From a virus (taxonomy: Duplodnaviria; Caudoviricetes), in IMG/VR virus record IMGVR_UViG_3300025600_000035, positions 1 to 39,122 of that record: a DNA stretch of 39,122 bases; one strand, written 5' to 3'. Below, one piece after another: positions 1 through 9,486 of the stretch; position 1 is the first letter of the stretch; the number at the start of each line of letters is the position of its first letter. Below the pieces are notes generated by a model, which was not told the origin of the DNA, searched no databases, and saw only the letters and a list, made by a program, of their open reading frames with translations. Made by a program: the position numbers and the translations under genes.

Positions 1-17
1 ACTAACGACAGCGAACG
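1..17. repeat. Terminal direct overlap (copy 1), circular assembly junction
   Basis: ACTAACGACAGCGAACG at 1-17 is identical to 39106-39122; gene order continues across the junction. Confidence 0.9.
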
Positions 18-44
18 GACGAAGGAGGAAGTGACAATAATTCT

Positions 45-806
45 ATGGTAGAACGAGACTTTAAAGGTGTTTGGATACCTAAAGAAATATGGTGCAACGA
101 AAAAATGTCACTACAGGAAAAAGTATTCTTTATTGAAATTGACAGCCTAGATAATGAAGAAGGTTGCTTTGCTGGTAATGATCATTTTGCAAAATTCTTC
201 TTTCTATCAAAGAAAAGAGTATCAGTAATAATCAATGAACTTGTTAAAAAAGGATACCTGACAAGTGAGATTATTTACAAAGGAAAAGAGATAGATAAAA
301 GGATATTGAGGGTATCCCCGAAAGCAAGGATACCCCACCAACAAAGCAAGGATACCCCTACCCCCGTAAACGAGGAAGATAGTAATACAGTATCTATTAA
401 TAATACATCTAATATATATACAGCACTTTTTGAAAAATTCTTTTCTCTATATCCCGAAGGTGGACAAACATTAAAACCGCAAACATTTAAAAACTTTCAA
501 GCATTGATTAAAAAAAAGGTTAATCCTGAAGATTTAATGCAAGCTGCTAGAAATTACGCTACTGATTGTATAGTTTCTGAAACGGTGGAGCCTTACTTTA
601 AAAAGAGTAGCAATTTTGTTGGCAGGGAAGCTACATATCTTAATTATACTGATAGGGAATGGATTCCAGTAATTCCAAAACAACAAGCTAAACGAGAAAA
701 AACCATTGCCGAAAAGGCAAAGGAGTTGGCAGAAGATTATGCAATTCGCCACGGCATCACGACTAATAGCCCTAACCAAGGGTATATATCCCTCATCAAA
801 GGCTAA
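45..806 (+). CDS. Phage replication initiator / replisome organizer (N-terminal winged HTH, lambda O-like)
   Basis: N-terminus RDFKGVWIPKEIW...GCFAGNDHFAKFF..SKKRVSVII is typical of phage initiators; GGAGG RBS; internal iterons; followed by a loader-like gene. Confidence 0.8.
   Translation: MVERDFKGVWIPKEIWCNEKMSLQEKVFFIEIDSLDNEEGCFAGNDHFAKFFFLSKKRVSVIINELVKKGYLTSEIIYKGKEIDKRILRVSPKARIPHQQSKDTPTPVNEEDSNTVSINNTSNIYTALFEKFFSLYPEGGQTLKPQTFKNFQALIKKKVNPEDLMQAARNYATDCIVSETVEPYFKKSSNFVGREATYLNYTDREWIPVIPKQQAKREKTIAEKAKELAEDYAIRHGITTNSPNQGYISLIKG
310..420 (+). repeat. Putative lytic origin inside the initiator gene (iterons plus AT-rich tract)
   Basis: AAAGCAAGGATACCCC at 321-336 and 343-358 (22-bp period), inverted GGGTATCC at 310-317, then AT-rich 381-420. 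Confidence 0.7.
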
Positions 807-1323
807 CGAGAAAGATACACTTGATATATGGATGGGATTATTCGGCAGGAAAGACGATGGACTGATGGAAACGGCATTAAGGCTATGTTGGACTACCTGC
901 CAATTCTTCCCTACTCCTGCCGATATAACCACAGCAATTAAAGAATTACAGTTTGACGAGAGTACGAAACCTAGTTTACAGATTGCACATGATCGCAAAT
1001 GGGACGAGCCGATGGCATTTAAAGCCTTTGAGTTAGTTGGTCGCCAAAAGGATTGCAAGAAATACCTAGACAATGTTGACGTTACCGAACTAGCCGAGTA
1101 TGCCAGGTCAATCTTCCCGGAGATAACCGACGAATTAGTATTAAAGAATTACCCGGAGTTGTCAAGCGGTCAACAGAGTTTGCATACTTGCCTGGCGTGT
1201 ACGGTGGACAAGTCCCGATGTATAACGCAGGGTTACCGAATAAAACACGTACTGCGCCCCGATGGGTATGTCAGCAATAATATGTCGAGGTGTCAAAAGA
1301 ACATGGAGCAGGTGAAACGATGA
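739..1323 (+). CDS. Replicative helicase loader/inhibitor (SPP1 G39P-like) with C-terminal Cys-containing domain
   Basis: LDIWMGLF...ALRLCWTTCQFFPTPADI motif; directly after the initiator; start re-called to ATG 739 (track start 706). Confidence 0.6.
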   Translation: MQFATASRLIALTKGIYPSSKANEKDTLDIWMGLFGRKDDGLMETALRLCWTTCQFFPTPADITTAIKELQFDESTKPSLQIAHDRKWDEPMAFKAFELVGRQKDCKKYLDNVDVTELAEYARSIFPEITDELVLKNYPELSSGQQSLHTCLACTVDKSRCITQGYRIKHVLRPDGYVSNNMSRCQKNMEQVKR

Positions 1324-1487
1324 AAGGTAACTTTGTACCGACTAAAGATGATATATTCCGGCGAGAATGCCATCGTAACGGCGATATTGACCGAGTAGCT
1401 GCGGAAAAGTGCTTCATTAGTAAAGAGAGTTTTTGCGATTGGAGAAACAGGCGTGGGTTAAAGCCTAACGGATTAAGGAGGGGTTAA
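1320..1487 (+). CDS. Small HTH-like protein
   Basis: D..AAEKC.....F.DWRNRRGLKPN; ATGA overlap with upstream gene; similar to domains in 1755 and 34723 ORFs. Confidence 0.6.
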   Translation: MKGNFVPTKDDIFRRECHRNGDIDRVAAEKCFISKESFCDWRNRRGLKPNGLRRG

Positions 1488-1488
1488 C

Positions 1489-1632
1489 GTGATAAGAGGT
1501 ATATTTTTACTAATATCAATAATTTGGTGCATAGTGACTGTGTTTTTCCTTTCTTACCAATCTGACTGGGCGTTGGCTATTATGCTAATAACAAACGGTG
1601 TATGTATTGGCGTTATGGCAACGTATAAATAA
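1489..1632 (+). CDS. Small two-TM membrane protein (47 aa, not in track)
   Basis: AAGGAGG RBS, GTG start, hydrophobic translation VIRGIFLLISIIWCIVTVFFLS... Confidence 0.55.
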   Translation: MIRGIFLLISIIWCIVTVFFLSYQSDWALAIMLITNGVCIGVMATYK

Positions 1633-1754
1633 ATAGGAGGGTATAAATTGGAAACATTTTTAACATGTATCTTTTGGTTAGCCGTGGTTATTAGCGCAGG
1701 AGTGCTGACGGGCGTTGCTCTCGCGGCGAATACGTATAAACGGAGGGGAAATCG

Positions 1755-2510
1755 GTGAAAAAACCACGATGGACGGACGCGGAGAAAAATGCAGTAACGA
1801 AAATGTACAAAGAAGGTGTTAGCCGGAGCGAGATTGCCGAAATAACGGGCAGGACGTATAGGTCAATTAACAGTTTTATATTTTACACCGCGGAGTCGTC
1901 ACAACGGTACATAATAGATGCTAGGGCGGCAACTAGGAAGAAAAACGCTGAAATTAAACTACTAAAAACGCAAGCCGCTGACGAGAAATACAAACTTAAA
2001 GAGACAGCGCGACAGGCTAAAATTACAGAGCGCGAAAAACGTCTACAAAGTGAAAATGAATTCAGACAAAAAATGATTGCTGAGCGTGATTACAAAGAAG
2101 AGCGGCGCCAAAAGTGTTATGACGACGGACTAACCGACAAACAAGGCGCTGAAAAATGCGGGGAACATTACGCGACATATCGTGCATGGAGAATCGCACG
2201 GGGGCTAGAAGTGATTTACGAAAAGGAAATGCTAGGAGACGATAAGCCGCCGGAAGGGACACGCAGGGTATTTTGCGAAGCCGACATGGTGCATTATCAC
2301 CGCAATATAAACAAGGTCACGCCGCACAACTTCCCCGCAGAGTGTAAAATTATCGCGTGTGCGAGCAGGCCGACGACGGAGATTGTGACGGACTTGTCAA
2401 ACCGTTTCGCGGCTAGAAAGGCAGCGGTAGATGCGGAGCGCAGCAAATATACCAAGCGCGAACTTAACAACCTTAGTTATATTAACATGCGGGCAGGTCA
2501 AGCGTGGTAG
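1755..2510 (+). CDS. Multi-HTH putative DNA-binding protein
   Basis: N-terminal WTDAEK..KMYKEGVSRSEIAEITGRT HTH; second HTH-like segment GLTDKQGAEKCG...WRIARGL. Confidence 0.6.
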   Translation: MKKPRWTDAEKNAVTKMYKEGVSRSEIAEITGRTYRSINSFIFYTAESSQRYIIDARAATRKKNAEIKLLKTQAADEKYKLKETARQAKITEREKRLQSENEFRQKMIAERDYKEERRQKCYDDGLTDKQGAEKCGEHYATYRAWRIARGLEVIYEKEMLGDDKPPEGTRRVFCEADMVHYHRNINKVTPHNFPAECKIIACASRPTTEIVTDLSNRFAARKAAVDAERSKYTKRELNNLSYINMRAGQAW

Positions 2511-2651
2511 AGTGCTGTGGGACATGCCGGAGACTACAACGAGATACGGCGTATTGCTCAATAATGATGCAGAGGATATATAACCTGCTAGGCGTTCCGG
2601 TGTGCAACGGTGGGTACGTGAGAAAAAGAAAGAAAGGGTGGAAATAATAAT

Positions 2652-3065
2652 ATGTGTGATATGAAAAGGTTAATTAAATTGTGCGGGTATGATACGCGAT
2701 TGCTTGGAGCTCTACAGGAGTTACAACAATTCAGAGAGTCGGAGCTTTCCCCGGCGATAAAGTATATCAATAACACAGAGGGACAGCAACTTGCCAAAGT
2801 ACGTAGTGAGTTGAAAGAAATAGAAGATGCAATATCCAATATCAATAATCCGCACATATGGAGTAACGACGAGAAAGATTTAGACCACGCAGCAGAGGAA
2901 ATGGTTGATACCCAAACGGCAATTGAAACACTAGCCGTAATAATGGGTATCAGCAAAGAGCGGATGATTAAGGCAAGAATGGCGGTGAAGAAAAGAAATT
3001 GGGATAGGCATTATCTGACCGCGCCAAAAATGGAGCATGATCCTTTTAAAGGTACACAGTTTTAA
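2652..3065 (+). CDS. MazG-like nucleotide pyrophosphohydrolase domain protein
   Basis: QLAKVRSELKEIEDAI...AAEEMVDTQTAIETL acidic helical pattern. Confidence 0.5.
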   Translation: MCDMKRLIKLCGYDTRLLGALQELQQFRESELSPAIKYINNTEGQQLAKVRSELKEIEDAISNINNPHIWSNDEKDLDHAAEEMVDTQTAIETLAVIMGISKERMIKARMAVKKRNWDRHYLTAPKMEHDPFKGTQF

Positions 3066-3364
3066 GTTAAGAATTATATAAACTACGGGCAGAACTACGT
3101 TATTTGGAAATAGTTTATATTACGTAGTAGCTAGTTTAGATTGTGAGTGCGTAGTAATCCCGTGGTGAGCTTTTCGCGGAAGATTAGTGTAAACGTAAGG
3201 GTATAAGTGAAGGAAGGTGCTAACGTGCTAATAGACAGCAATGAGGTAATGAAAAAGATATTGAAGATAGAAAGTATATACGGGCCACAAAATTACCTGG
3301 CGTTAATAAAAGATATTATTAAATCGGTAGTAAAAGAAGCAAAAGAAAAGGAAGGTAAAAAATT

Positions 3365-3766
3365 ATGAACTCAATTACCATATCAGGCAAAGCATGGGAG
3401 CCAGAATGTAAATATCTACCTAGCGGCGTGTGTATTACGGAAATATCGGTCAGTGTGTATGACGGGAAAGACAAAGAAGGAAAAGCGAAGTATTTCAGCG
3501 TGAAGTGTAAAATGTTTAAAGAATTAGCTGAAAACGTCGCGAACCAAATTGTGAAAGGTGAAAACGTGGTTGTGTCCGGCAGAATGTCAGAGGACAAGTG
3601 GGAGAAAGACGGGGTTAAACATTACAAGACGGTATTGATTGTAGACACGATAGCGAAAGAGATAAGCAGGTTCGGACAACCAACGACGACAACTAACGGA
3701 CAACCTGCCAGTAATGACGTTAATTCATTCGGAACTGATGTAAATGACGAGGAAATTCCTTTCTAG
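3365..3766 (+). CDS. ssb: Single-stranded DNA-binding protein
   Basis: OB-fold pattern MNSITISG...KGENVVVSGR and acidic tail DEEIPF. Confidence 0.95.
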   Translation: MNSITISGKAWEPECKYLPSGVCITEISVSVYDGKDKEGKAKYFSVKCKMFKELAENVANQIVKGENVVVSGRMSEDKWEKDGVKHYKTVLIVDTIAKEISRFGQPTTTTNGQPASNDVNSFGTDVNDEEIPF

Positions 3767-3788
3767 AATAAAAATAGGAGGTAATGAC

Positions 3789-3932
3789 ATGCAATATGAG
3801 TTAACCGCCGACGATGTTAGAAGCCTAAAAAGTTTAGTGTATGAACGGGCTTTATGCCAACAGGAAAGCAAGCGGGGTAAATGGAACAAACTCGCGTTGA
3901 AGTTATGTAAGACGGAATTGGTGAAGAAATGA
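3789..3932 (+). CDS. Hypothetical protein
   Basis: AGGAGG RBS before ATG 3789; ATGA overlap with rusA. Confidence 0.55.
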   Translation: MQYELTADDVRSLKSLVYERALCQQESKRGKWNKLALKLCKTELVKK

Positions 3933-4291
3933 AGCTGACGTTATACGGTAAGCCAATTACGAAGAAGAATAGCATGAGGATTATATCCTGCGGGGGCAGG
4001 CCTAGACTGATACAGTCAAAAGCATACGTGGAGTATGAAACGGATTGCCTACGACAGATTGCCAACAGGCAGGAGCCGTTAACGGGGAAAACACACGTAA
4101 ACTGTCAATATTGGTTAAAGGATAGGAGGATTCCCGACTTGCTGAATCTTTTACAAGCAACGGCGGATATTTTAGAAAAAGCTGGGATAATCGATAACGA
4201 CAAGAATATTAGGAGTTTTGACGGCAGCAGGATAGCGGGGGTAGACCGAGATAGGCCGAGGGTTGAAATTAATATAGAGGTGGTAGCGTAA
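3929..4291 (+). CDS. rusA: RusA-family Holliday junction resolvase
   Basis: GKPITKKN...RIPDLLNLLQATADIL..AGIIDNDK...PRVEI. Confidence 0.85.
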   Translation: MKLTLYGKPITKKNSMRIISCGGRPRLIQSKAYVEYETDCLRQIANRQEPLTGKTHVNCQYWLKDRRIPDLLNLLQATADILEKAGIIDNDKNIRSFDGSRIAGVDRDRPRVEINIEVVA

Positions 4292-4740
4292 TGGAAGTGG
4301 AGATTATAAAAGGAAATGACGACGTAAAAACCGGAGAATATTATTATGTTGTGGATCAAGATTCGCGGCATTATCGACTAGAGTTAAAAGACGGGTATTA
4401 TTGCCACGTGTTAAAAGAAAATGTAAAAGTAGTAGGAAGTATTGAGGGTATGGCGGCTAAGCTTGTAGGAAAATACGAGAACGTAGGCAGGGCGTTAGGG
4501 GAAATGACGGACGAGAAACAACAAGCCTACGGTGATGCTATAACAGCCGTTGAACAGATGATGAAGGTATTATATCCAAACGGCGTAAAGATTGACCAGT
4601 ACCGCGATATGTTACTAATGGTGAGGATTATGGATAAGCAATGCAGGATAGCTAAGGGTGACAAAACGGCATTCGGTGAAAATCCCTTTAAAGATATTGC
4701 GGGGTACGGACTGTTAGGGGTTGGACATGATGCTATATAA
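4291..4740 (+). CDS. Hypothetical phage protein (C-terminal DIAGYGLLG motif)
   Basis: K...YGD...DK..RI...E.PFKDIAGYGLL motif recurrent in phage helical proteins; coupled to rusA. Confidence 0.55.
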   Translation: MEVEIIKGNDDVKTGEYYYVVDQDSRHYRLELKDGYYCHVLKENVKVVGSIEGMAAKLVGKYENVGRALGEMTDEKQQAYGDAITAVEQMMKVLYPNGVKIDQYRDMLLMVRIMDKQCRIAKGDKTAFGENPFKDIAGYGLLGVGHDAI

Positions 4741-4921
4741 AGCCGACGAGACAGGTAGCGGTAAAACATTAATCATAGGTAAAATGGCGCTGCCGCAAAT
4801 ATACGCCGATTATCACAAAGTGAAAGCTGAACGAGATAGGTATTATGCCGTCGTGAAATACTTCCAACAAGAGGGAAACCCTGTAGAACAACAGATCGTG
4901 AAGAACTTAATGACGTATTAG
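4721..4921 (+). CDS. Hypothetical protein
   Basis: ORF track; overlaps upstream stop; exact start uncertain. Confidence 0.5.
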   Translation: MDMMLYKADETGSGKTLIIGKMALPQIYADYHKVKAERDRYYAVVKYFQQEGNPVEQQIVKNLMTY

Positions 4922-5057
4922 GGGAGGGGAACGACATGATTCAAGTATCGTTTCACAAGGCCCGTAAATGGACTATGAAGCGGTTTAAAGTGAGATGCAC
5001 AGTTTACTACCTCGACGGGTATGTTTCAATCTTGATGAGTAAATAAGGGGGCACAAT

Positions 5058-5471
5058 ATGGGATTAAAACGCGGCATTAGGCTTTACATTGAATCTGAAT
5101 TACGGGATTATAGTTCAACAAGAAAAGAATGGGAATCGTTGCAGGACGAAATTATATATTCCAGCGGTGTTGGTGATGATTCTGGTATTCGCGGGACCGA
5201 TGTGGGCGCCCCGACTGAACGTAAAGCCTTGAAGCTAATTACAAATAGGAGATTATCGCAGCTAGAGAGGACTATAAAAAGTTTTGAGCGTGTACTTACT
5301 AATTTGCAGGAAGATAAATTTAAACTTGTTATACTAAAATATTGGACAGTTAAGCAAACGTTGACGGATGAAGGGATGGCTCAAAGTTTATGCTGTAGCT
5401 TAACAACGTTTTATCGGTGGAAAGATTCAATATTATTATCATTGGCTAAAGAAATGGGATTAGTAGACTAA
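5058..5471 (+). CDS. RinA/ArpU-family late transcription activator
   Basis: YIESELRDY...PTERKAL...LVILKYW...TFYRWKDSILLSLAKEMGL; last early gene before the packaging module. Confidence 0.85.
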   Translation: MGLKRGIRLYIESELRDYSSTRKEWESLQDEIIYSSGVGDDSGIRGTDVGAPTERKALKLITNRRLSQLERTIKSFERVLTNLQEDKFKLVILKYWTVKQTLTDEGMAQSLCCSLTTFYRWKDSILLSLAKEMGLVD

Positions 5472-5525
5472 ATAATGGTAGAATGTCGGGAGTTTCGGCA
5501 GGGGTTGACATGATAAAATAGTATT
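5472..5525 (+). promoter_or_regulatory. Late promoter (activator-dependent, extended -10)
   Basis: TG-a-TAAAAT at 5511-5519 immediately after the RinA-like gene, no canonical -35 at 17 bp. Confidence 0.6.
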
Positions 5526-5529
5526 AGTG

Positions 5530-5870
5530 AAAAGTAAGTTAATATTTTAATCGGATAATCATTTACTTGACACAAGCCGCCGCGAGCAGACGTGAGAGTA
5601 TACCAACATGAGGTATAACGCCCGGCGGATCCCTTCGGGAATTTAAAGACGGTCGGAGATCGTTGCGATAACGGTAACGATTTTAATATAGCGAGTGAGC
5701 AGACTTACTTGCATGGGTAGGGATTACATAGATAAAGGTGATGTAGTCGAATATGTAGCGTGGGCAGGGGGCTAACATATTAAAATTAAACTCATACAAC
5801 AGGCAATCAACACCTACTGCACTAGCTTGCGGTAGTTCATGGTTGGTTACTTGTTTTATGGGTTTTATTT
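5530..5870 (+). ncRNA. Structured late-operon leader (candidate ncRNA)
   Basis: No ORF; consecutive stems such as CCGCCG/CGGCGG (5577-5628), ATCGTTGCG/CGGTAACGAT, GCGAGTGAG/CTTACTTGC, GATTACAT/ATGTAGTC, AATATGT/ACATATT and a long irregular hairpin at ~5787-5865. Confidence 0.5.
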
Positions 5871-5885
5871 ATACGAGGTGATAGA

Positions 5886-6164
5886 TTGCAAAAGATAGAT
5901 AAGATACGACTAAAGGGCAAGGCGTTAGCTAAACTTAACGAACTAATCTACGAACGCGATAACAGGCATTGCGTAATTTGCGAAACATACGTAGCTGACG
6001 GGGTAAAGTTCCACCACGTAATTTTAAAATCACACGGCGGGCAGGACGTAAAAGAAAACGGCGTGATACTTTGCCTAAATTGTCATAACGAAGTGCATTG
6101 CGGGAGTGAAACGCAGGATTACAGGGAACGGTGCGAGGAATATTTGAGGGGGATTTACGGATGA
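5886..6164 (+). CDS. HNH endonuclease (packaging-module type)
   Basis: RDNRHCVIC...HHVILKSHGG....N.VILCLNCHNEVH. Confidence 0.9.
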   Translation: MQKIDKIRLKGKALAKLNELIYERDNRHCVICETYVADGVKFHHVILKSHGGQDVKENGVILCLNCHNEVHCGSETQDYRERCEEYLRGIYG

Positions 6165-6337
6165 GGATAAAACGTCTTAGAAATTTACTTAAAGCGTCTT
6201 TTCTATGCAGTTATAAATGGTTAAAGGTTGGCGATGGCCATTTACTTGGTAAGAATAACCGTGACGATATGATAAGTGTTTATAATGGTGACGGAATTAA
6301 AAGATGGTTTGAAAGCGAATACGTTGATTATGAATGA
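6161..6337 (+). CDS. Hypothetical protein
   Basis: GAGGGG RBS and ATGA overlap with HNH stop. Confidence 0.5.
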   Translation: MRIKRLRNLLKASFLCSYKWLKVGDGHLLGKNNRDDMISVYNGDGIKRWFESEYVDYE

Positions 6338-6704
6338 GTTAATACCCAAAAACCTCGAACCGTCGCAACTATATAAACTTGGCACGGACTTAGCCAACGA
6401 GGTTGCAACGCTAGGTAAGACGGTGGCAGGGTACGAGGTAGAGGTAACGAGTAAGAGTAAGACGTACAAGTTAGAACTCGCCAAGGCAAAGATACTTAAC
6501 ATGGATAAGAAATATACAGCTACAATAATAAATGCGCTTGCAGAGGTATCTACGGAGGTTGTAACGGCAGGGAACTATCTGATGCAGGCTGAAGCTAATC
6601 TGCTGATAGGTAAGGCCGAGTTAGAGGGACGGGATAAGCAATTGATGATGGTGAAGAAGATAATGGACTTGAAGGTGCAGGAATTGCGGACATTCCGCGG
6701 TTAA
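6330..6704 (+). CDS. Hypothetical coiled-coil protein
   Basis: Helical composition; start re-called to ATG 6330. Confidence 0.6.
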   Translation: MNELIPKNLEPSQLYKLGTDLANEVATLGKTVAGYEVEVTSKSKTYKLELAKAKILNMDKKYTATIINALAEVSTEVVTAGNYLMQAEANLLIGKAELEGRDKQLMMVKKIMDLKVQELRTFRG

Positions 6705-7067
6705 CAAGATTGGTATATCCTTGCGATAACGGCAGGAGAGGGAAAAGATGTGTTGAGTAGGTGGGGACTTGGCACGAAAGTGTAAATAATATAGGGTAGT
6801 GAATAGTATTAGACAACCTATAAAGGGGTGACGAATGGACGTTACTATTATAATTATGAACCCCGGTAACTTCATGGTGGGAATTAGTTTTACACCACAT
6901 GAACAATTAGAAATATTCTTAGGGCTATTCGTAATTAGCATTACATTCTAAAGTAGGCGATAACATGATTGAGGTTATAAAAGAGATTGTGGTTATTATT
7001 TCGGTTATTGGTTTGTTTTCACTGATAATTTACGGAATATATAAAAAGGGAACTAGGGGGTGAGATA

Positions 7068-7502
7068 ATGGCTGTCGGGCTAACAGATAAGCAAAAGAAA
7101 TTCGTCGAAGAATATTTAATAGATTTAAATGCTTCGGCAGCTGCAAAGCGGGCAGGGTACTCTGGAAGCAATCATGATAAAATTGGTTCTCAATTGCTAG
7201 GTAAAACTAGGATTAGGGAAGCAATCAGTGAAGCTAGGGCCGAACAATCAACTAGGACTAAAATAACGGCAGACTACGTGTTATCTAGGTTGCAAGAGGT
7301 CGCAGAACGTTGTATGCAAGCGGAAGCAGTAACGGACAGAGAAGGTAAAGAAACAGGCGAATATAGATTTGATTCGGGTGGCGCTAATAAGTCACTTGAA
7401 CTACTAGGCAAACATCTTAAATTATTTACTGATAAGGTGGAAGCAACAGGAGCAAACGGAGATTCATTAGTTATTAAGGTTAGATTGGTTGATGATGATT
7501 AA
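7068..7502 (+). CDS. terS: Terminase small subunit
   Basis: LTDKQKKFVEEYLIDLNASAAAKRAGYS...LELLGKHLKLFTDKVE. Confidence 0.95.
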   Translation: MAVGLTDKQKKFVEEYLIDLNASAAAKRAGYSGSNHDKIGSQLLGKTRIREAISEARAEQSTRTKITADYVLSRLQEVAERCMQAEAVTDREGKETGEYRFDSGGANKSLELLGKHLKLFTDKVEATGANGDSLVIKVRLVDDD

Positions 7503-8809
7503 TGAACATAGAGTTTCAACTTAGTAAAAAGCTATTCAATCCTATATACTTACCGTTATTAACAGACGAAACATACTTACAAATATTATTCGGCGGATCT
7601 TCGTCTGGCAAGTCTAAGTTCCTAGCGCAACGGTGTATTAAGGATATACTAGACGGTGGGCATAATTACTTAGTCTCTCGTAACGTACAAGTAACATTAA
7701 AAAAGTCCGTATTCAATGAGATATGCAAGGTTATTGCCGAATGGAAAGCATCAAAACTGTTTTCTATTAATAAGACAGATTTAATTATCACCTGTACTAA
7801 CGGCTATCAAATTATGTTTGTTGGACTTGACGATACTGAAAAAATAAAATCCATTACACCTGCAAAGGGAGTAATTACTGATATATGGGTAGAAGAAGCT
7901 ACAGAGTGCGAATATAACGCCGTAAAACAGCTTAGAAAGCGTTTACGTGGATTGTCGAAGGTAAAGAAACGCATCATATTATCATTCAATCCTATTCTTA
8001 AAACTCACTGGATTTATACTGAATACTTCGGCAACTGGATTGATGGTGAACAAGAGTATCGCGAAGATAGAATGGTAATATTAAAAACTACCTATAAAGA
8101 TAATGTATTTTTAACGATAGACGATATAAAGGAACTAGAGGAAGAAACAGATGTATATTGGTACGAAGTATACACGCTAGGTAATTGGGGTGTACTTGGT
8201 GGTGTTATCTTTAAAAATTGGGTAAGCCGAGACTTAACAGCCGAGCGCAAAGCATTTGCAACGTTTAACAATGGCCTTGATTTTGGATTCGCTAGTGATC
8301 CTGCTGCAATGGCTAGATTACACTATGACCGCAAGCGCAGCCGTTTATACATATTAGATGAACTATACGAACGAGGATTAACAAATGATGATCTAGCCAA
8401 GGAGTTAAAACCTATCATTGGCCGTGAGCCAGTACGATGTGATTCGGCCGAGCCTAAAAGCATCATGGAACTAGCGCAAAGAGGTATTACAACGGTCGAA
8501 GCGATCAAGGGTAAGGATAGTGTCAACTTTGGTATTCAGTGGCTACAACAGCAAGAAATCATTATTGATATACGCTGTCAAAATGCTAAGAATGAATTTA
8601 GTAGCTATAAGTGGATGGAGAATAAGCAAGGAGATCAATTACCAAAACCTGTTGACCGTAACAATCATTTAATAGATGCGATTCGCTATGCTATGGAGAT
8701 TGAGATGAATTACTGGTTAGAAGCGAAGAAGGAAAAAGACAAGCCGAAAGATTACGGCGGTTACGACCGAGCGATTGAGCAGGATAACGGATCTTGGATG
8801 GCAGGATAA
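7502..8809 (+). CDS. terL: Terminase large subunit (PBSX/SPP1-like, probably headful packaging)
   Basis: Walker A GGSSSGKS, Walker B IWVEEATE, SFNP, nuclease GLDFGF..DP, DSAEP, NHLIDAIRYA. Confidence 0.97.
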   Translation: MNIEFQLSKKLFNPIYLPLLTDETYLQILFGGSSSGKSKFLAQRCIKDILDGGHNYLVSRNVQVTLKKSVFNEICKVIAEWKASKLFSINKTDLIITCTNGYQIMFVGLDDTEKIKSITPAKGVITDIWVEEATECEYNAVKQLRKRLRGLSKVKKRIILSFNPILKTHWIYTEYFGNWIDGEQEYREDRMVILKTTYKDNVFLTIDDIKELEEETDVYWYEVYTLGNWGVLGGVIFKNWVSRDLTAERKAFATFNNGLDFGFASDPAAMARLHYDRKRSRLYILDELYERGLTNDDLAKELKPIIGREPVRCDSAEPKSIMELAQRGITTVEAIKGKDSVNFGIQWLQQQEIIIDIRCQNAKNEFSSYKWMENKQGDQLPKPVDRNNHLIDAIRYAMEIEMNYWLEAKKEKDKPKDYGGYDRAIEQDNGSWMAG

Positions 8810-8873
8810 CGATTCTGGATAATGATAAGTTTCCATTATCGCTAGTTAGAAATAGATTAAAGGAGAGTGTATT

Positions 8874-9122
8874 ATGGAAGAAAAATTAACAGTTAAGATG
8901 ATAAAAGAAGCTAAAGAAAAGGCGAAAGCAACGATACGACCATATAGCGAGATTGAATACAATGGATCATTAATAATAACTGAAGCTGAGGATTTTGTTG
9001 GAGGAACAAGAGTGGTGGTCGCTAAGAATGGATTACATTGTTGTTCTTACTATTCTACAAACAGCAAAGACGTTGAAGGGATGATTAACCAAGCAAAGGA
9101 GTACATTGATGATTCCGTATAA
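8874..9122 (+). CDS. Hypothetical protein inserted between terL and portal
   Basis: AAGGAG RBS, ORF track. Confidence 0.6.
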   Translation: MEEKLTVKMIKEAKEKAKATIRPYSEIEYNGSLIITEAEDFVGGTRVVVAKNGLHCCSYYSTNSKDVEGMINQAKEYIDDSV

Positions 9123-9303
9123 CTCCCCCCACGTGTCCGACAAAGCTCTACGAGACTTCGCAGGTCGCGTGTTACGCAGTAGCAAGTCCGAACTAAGCCC
9201 AGGCACGACAGACCTAGAGATACAATACTTTGTTAGTCAACTACCGTCTGATAAACTAACGCAGATTTACGGAATGTTCTTCAATACAGGGATGGTACAA
9301 TAA
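9106..9303 (+). CDS. Hypothetical protein
   Basis: AAGGAG RBS, ORF track. Confidence 0.55.
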   Translation: MMIPYNSPHVSDKALRDFAGRVLRSSKSELSPGTTDLEIQYFVSQLPSDKLTQIYGMFFNTGMVQ

Positions 9304-9474
9304 ATGGAGATATACGGAGTGTGGTGTAATCCTTCATCATTTAGAGAAGAAGCACGATATGTAAGATATTTCATTACACAGGAAAACGCTGAATTGTATG
9401 CAGATATTGCGAATGAAGATGATGGTTATTGCGATTATATTTATTCAGTAGGGATTGTAAAAGTTGACGACTAA
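9304..9474 (+). CDS. Small acidic hypothetical protein (56 aa, not in track)
   Basis: MEIYGVWCNPSSFREE...GIVKVDD fills the gap up to the portal RBS. Confidence 0.5.
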   Translation: MEIYGVWCNPSSFREEARYVRYFITQENAELYADIANEDDGYCDYIYSVGIVKVDD

Positions 9475-9486
9475 GGAGGTGAACTA

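Noticed and set aside
3057-3120. dif-like site (TTATATAAACT resembles a XerD arm)
   Set aside because: The left arm does not match, and the segment is better explained as part of a local inverted repeat (ATATAAACTA/TAGTTTATAT).
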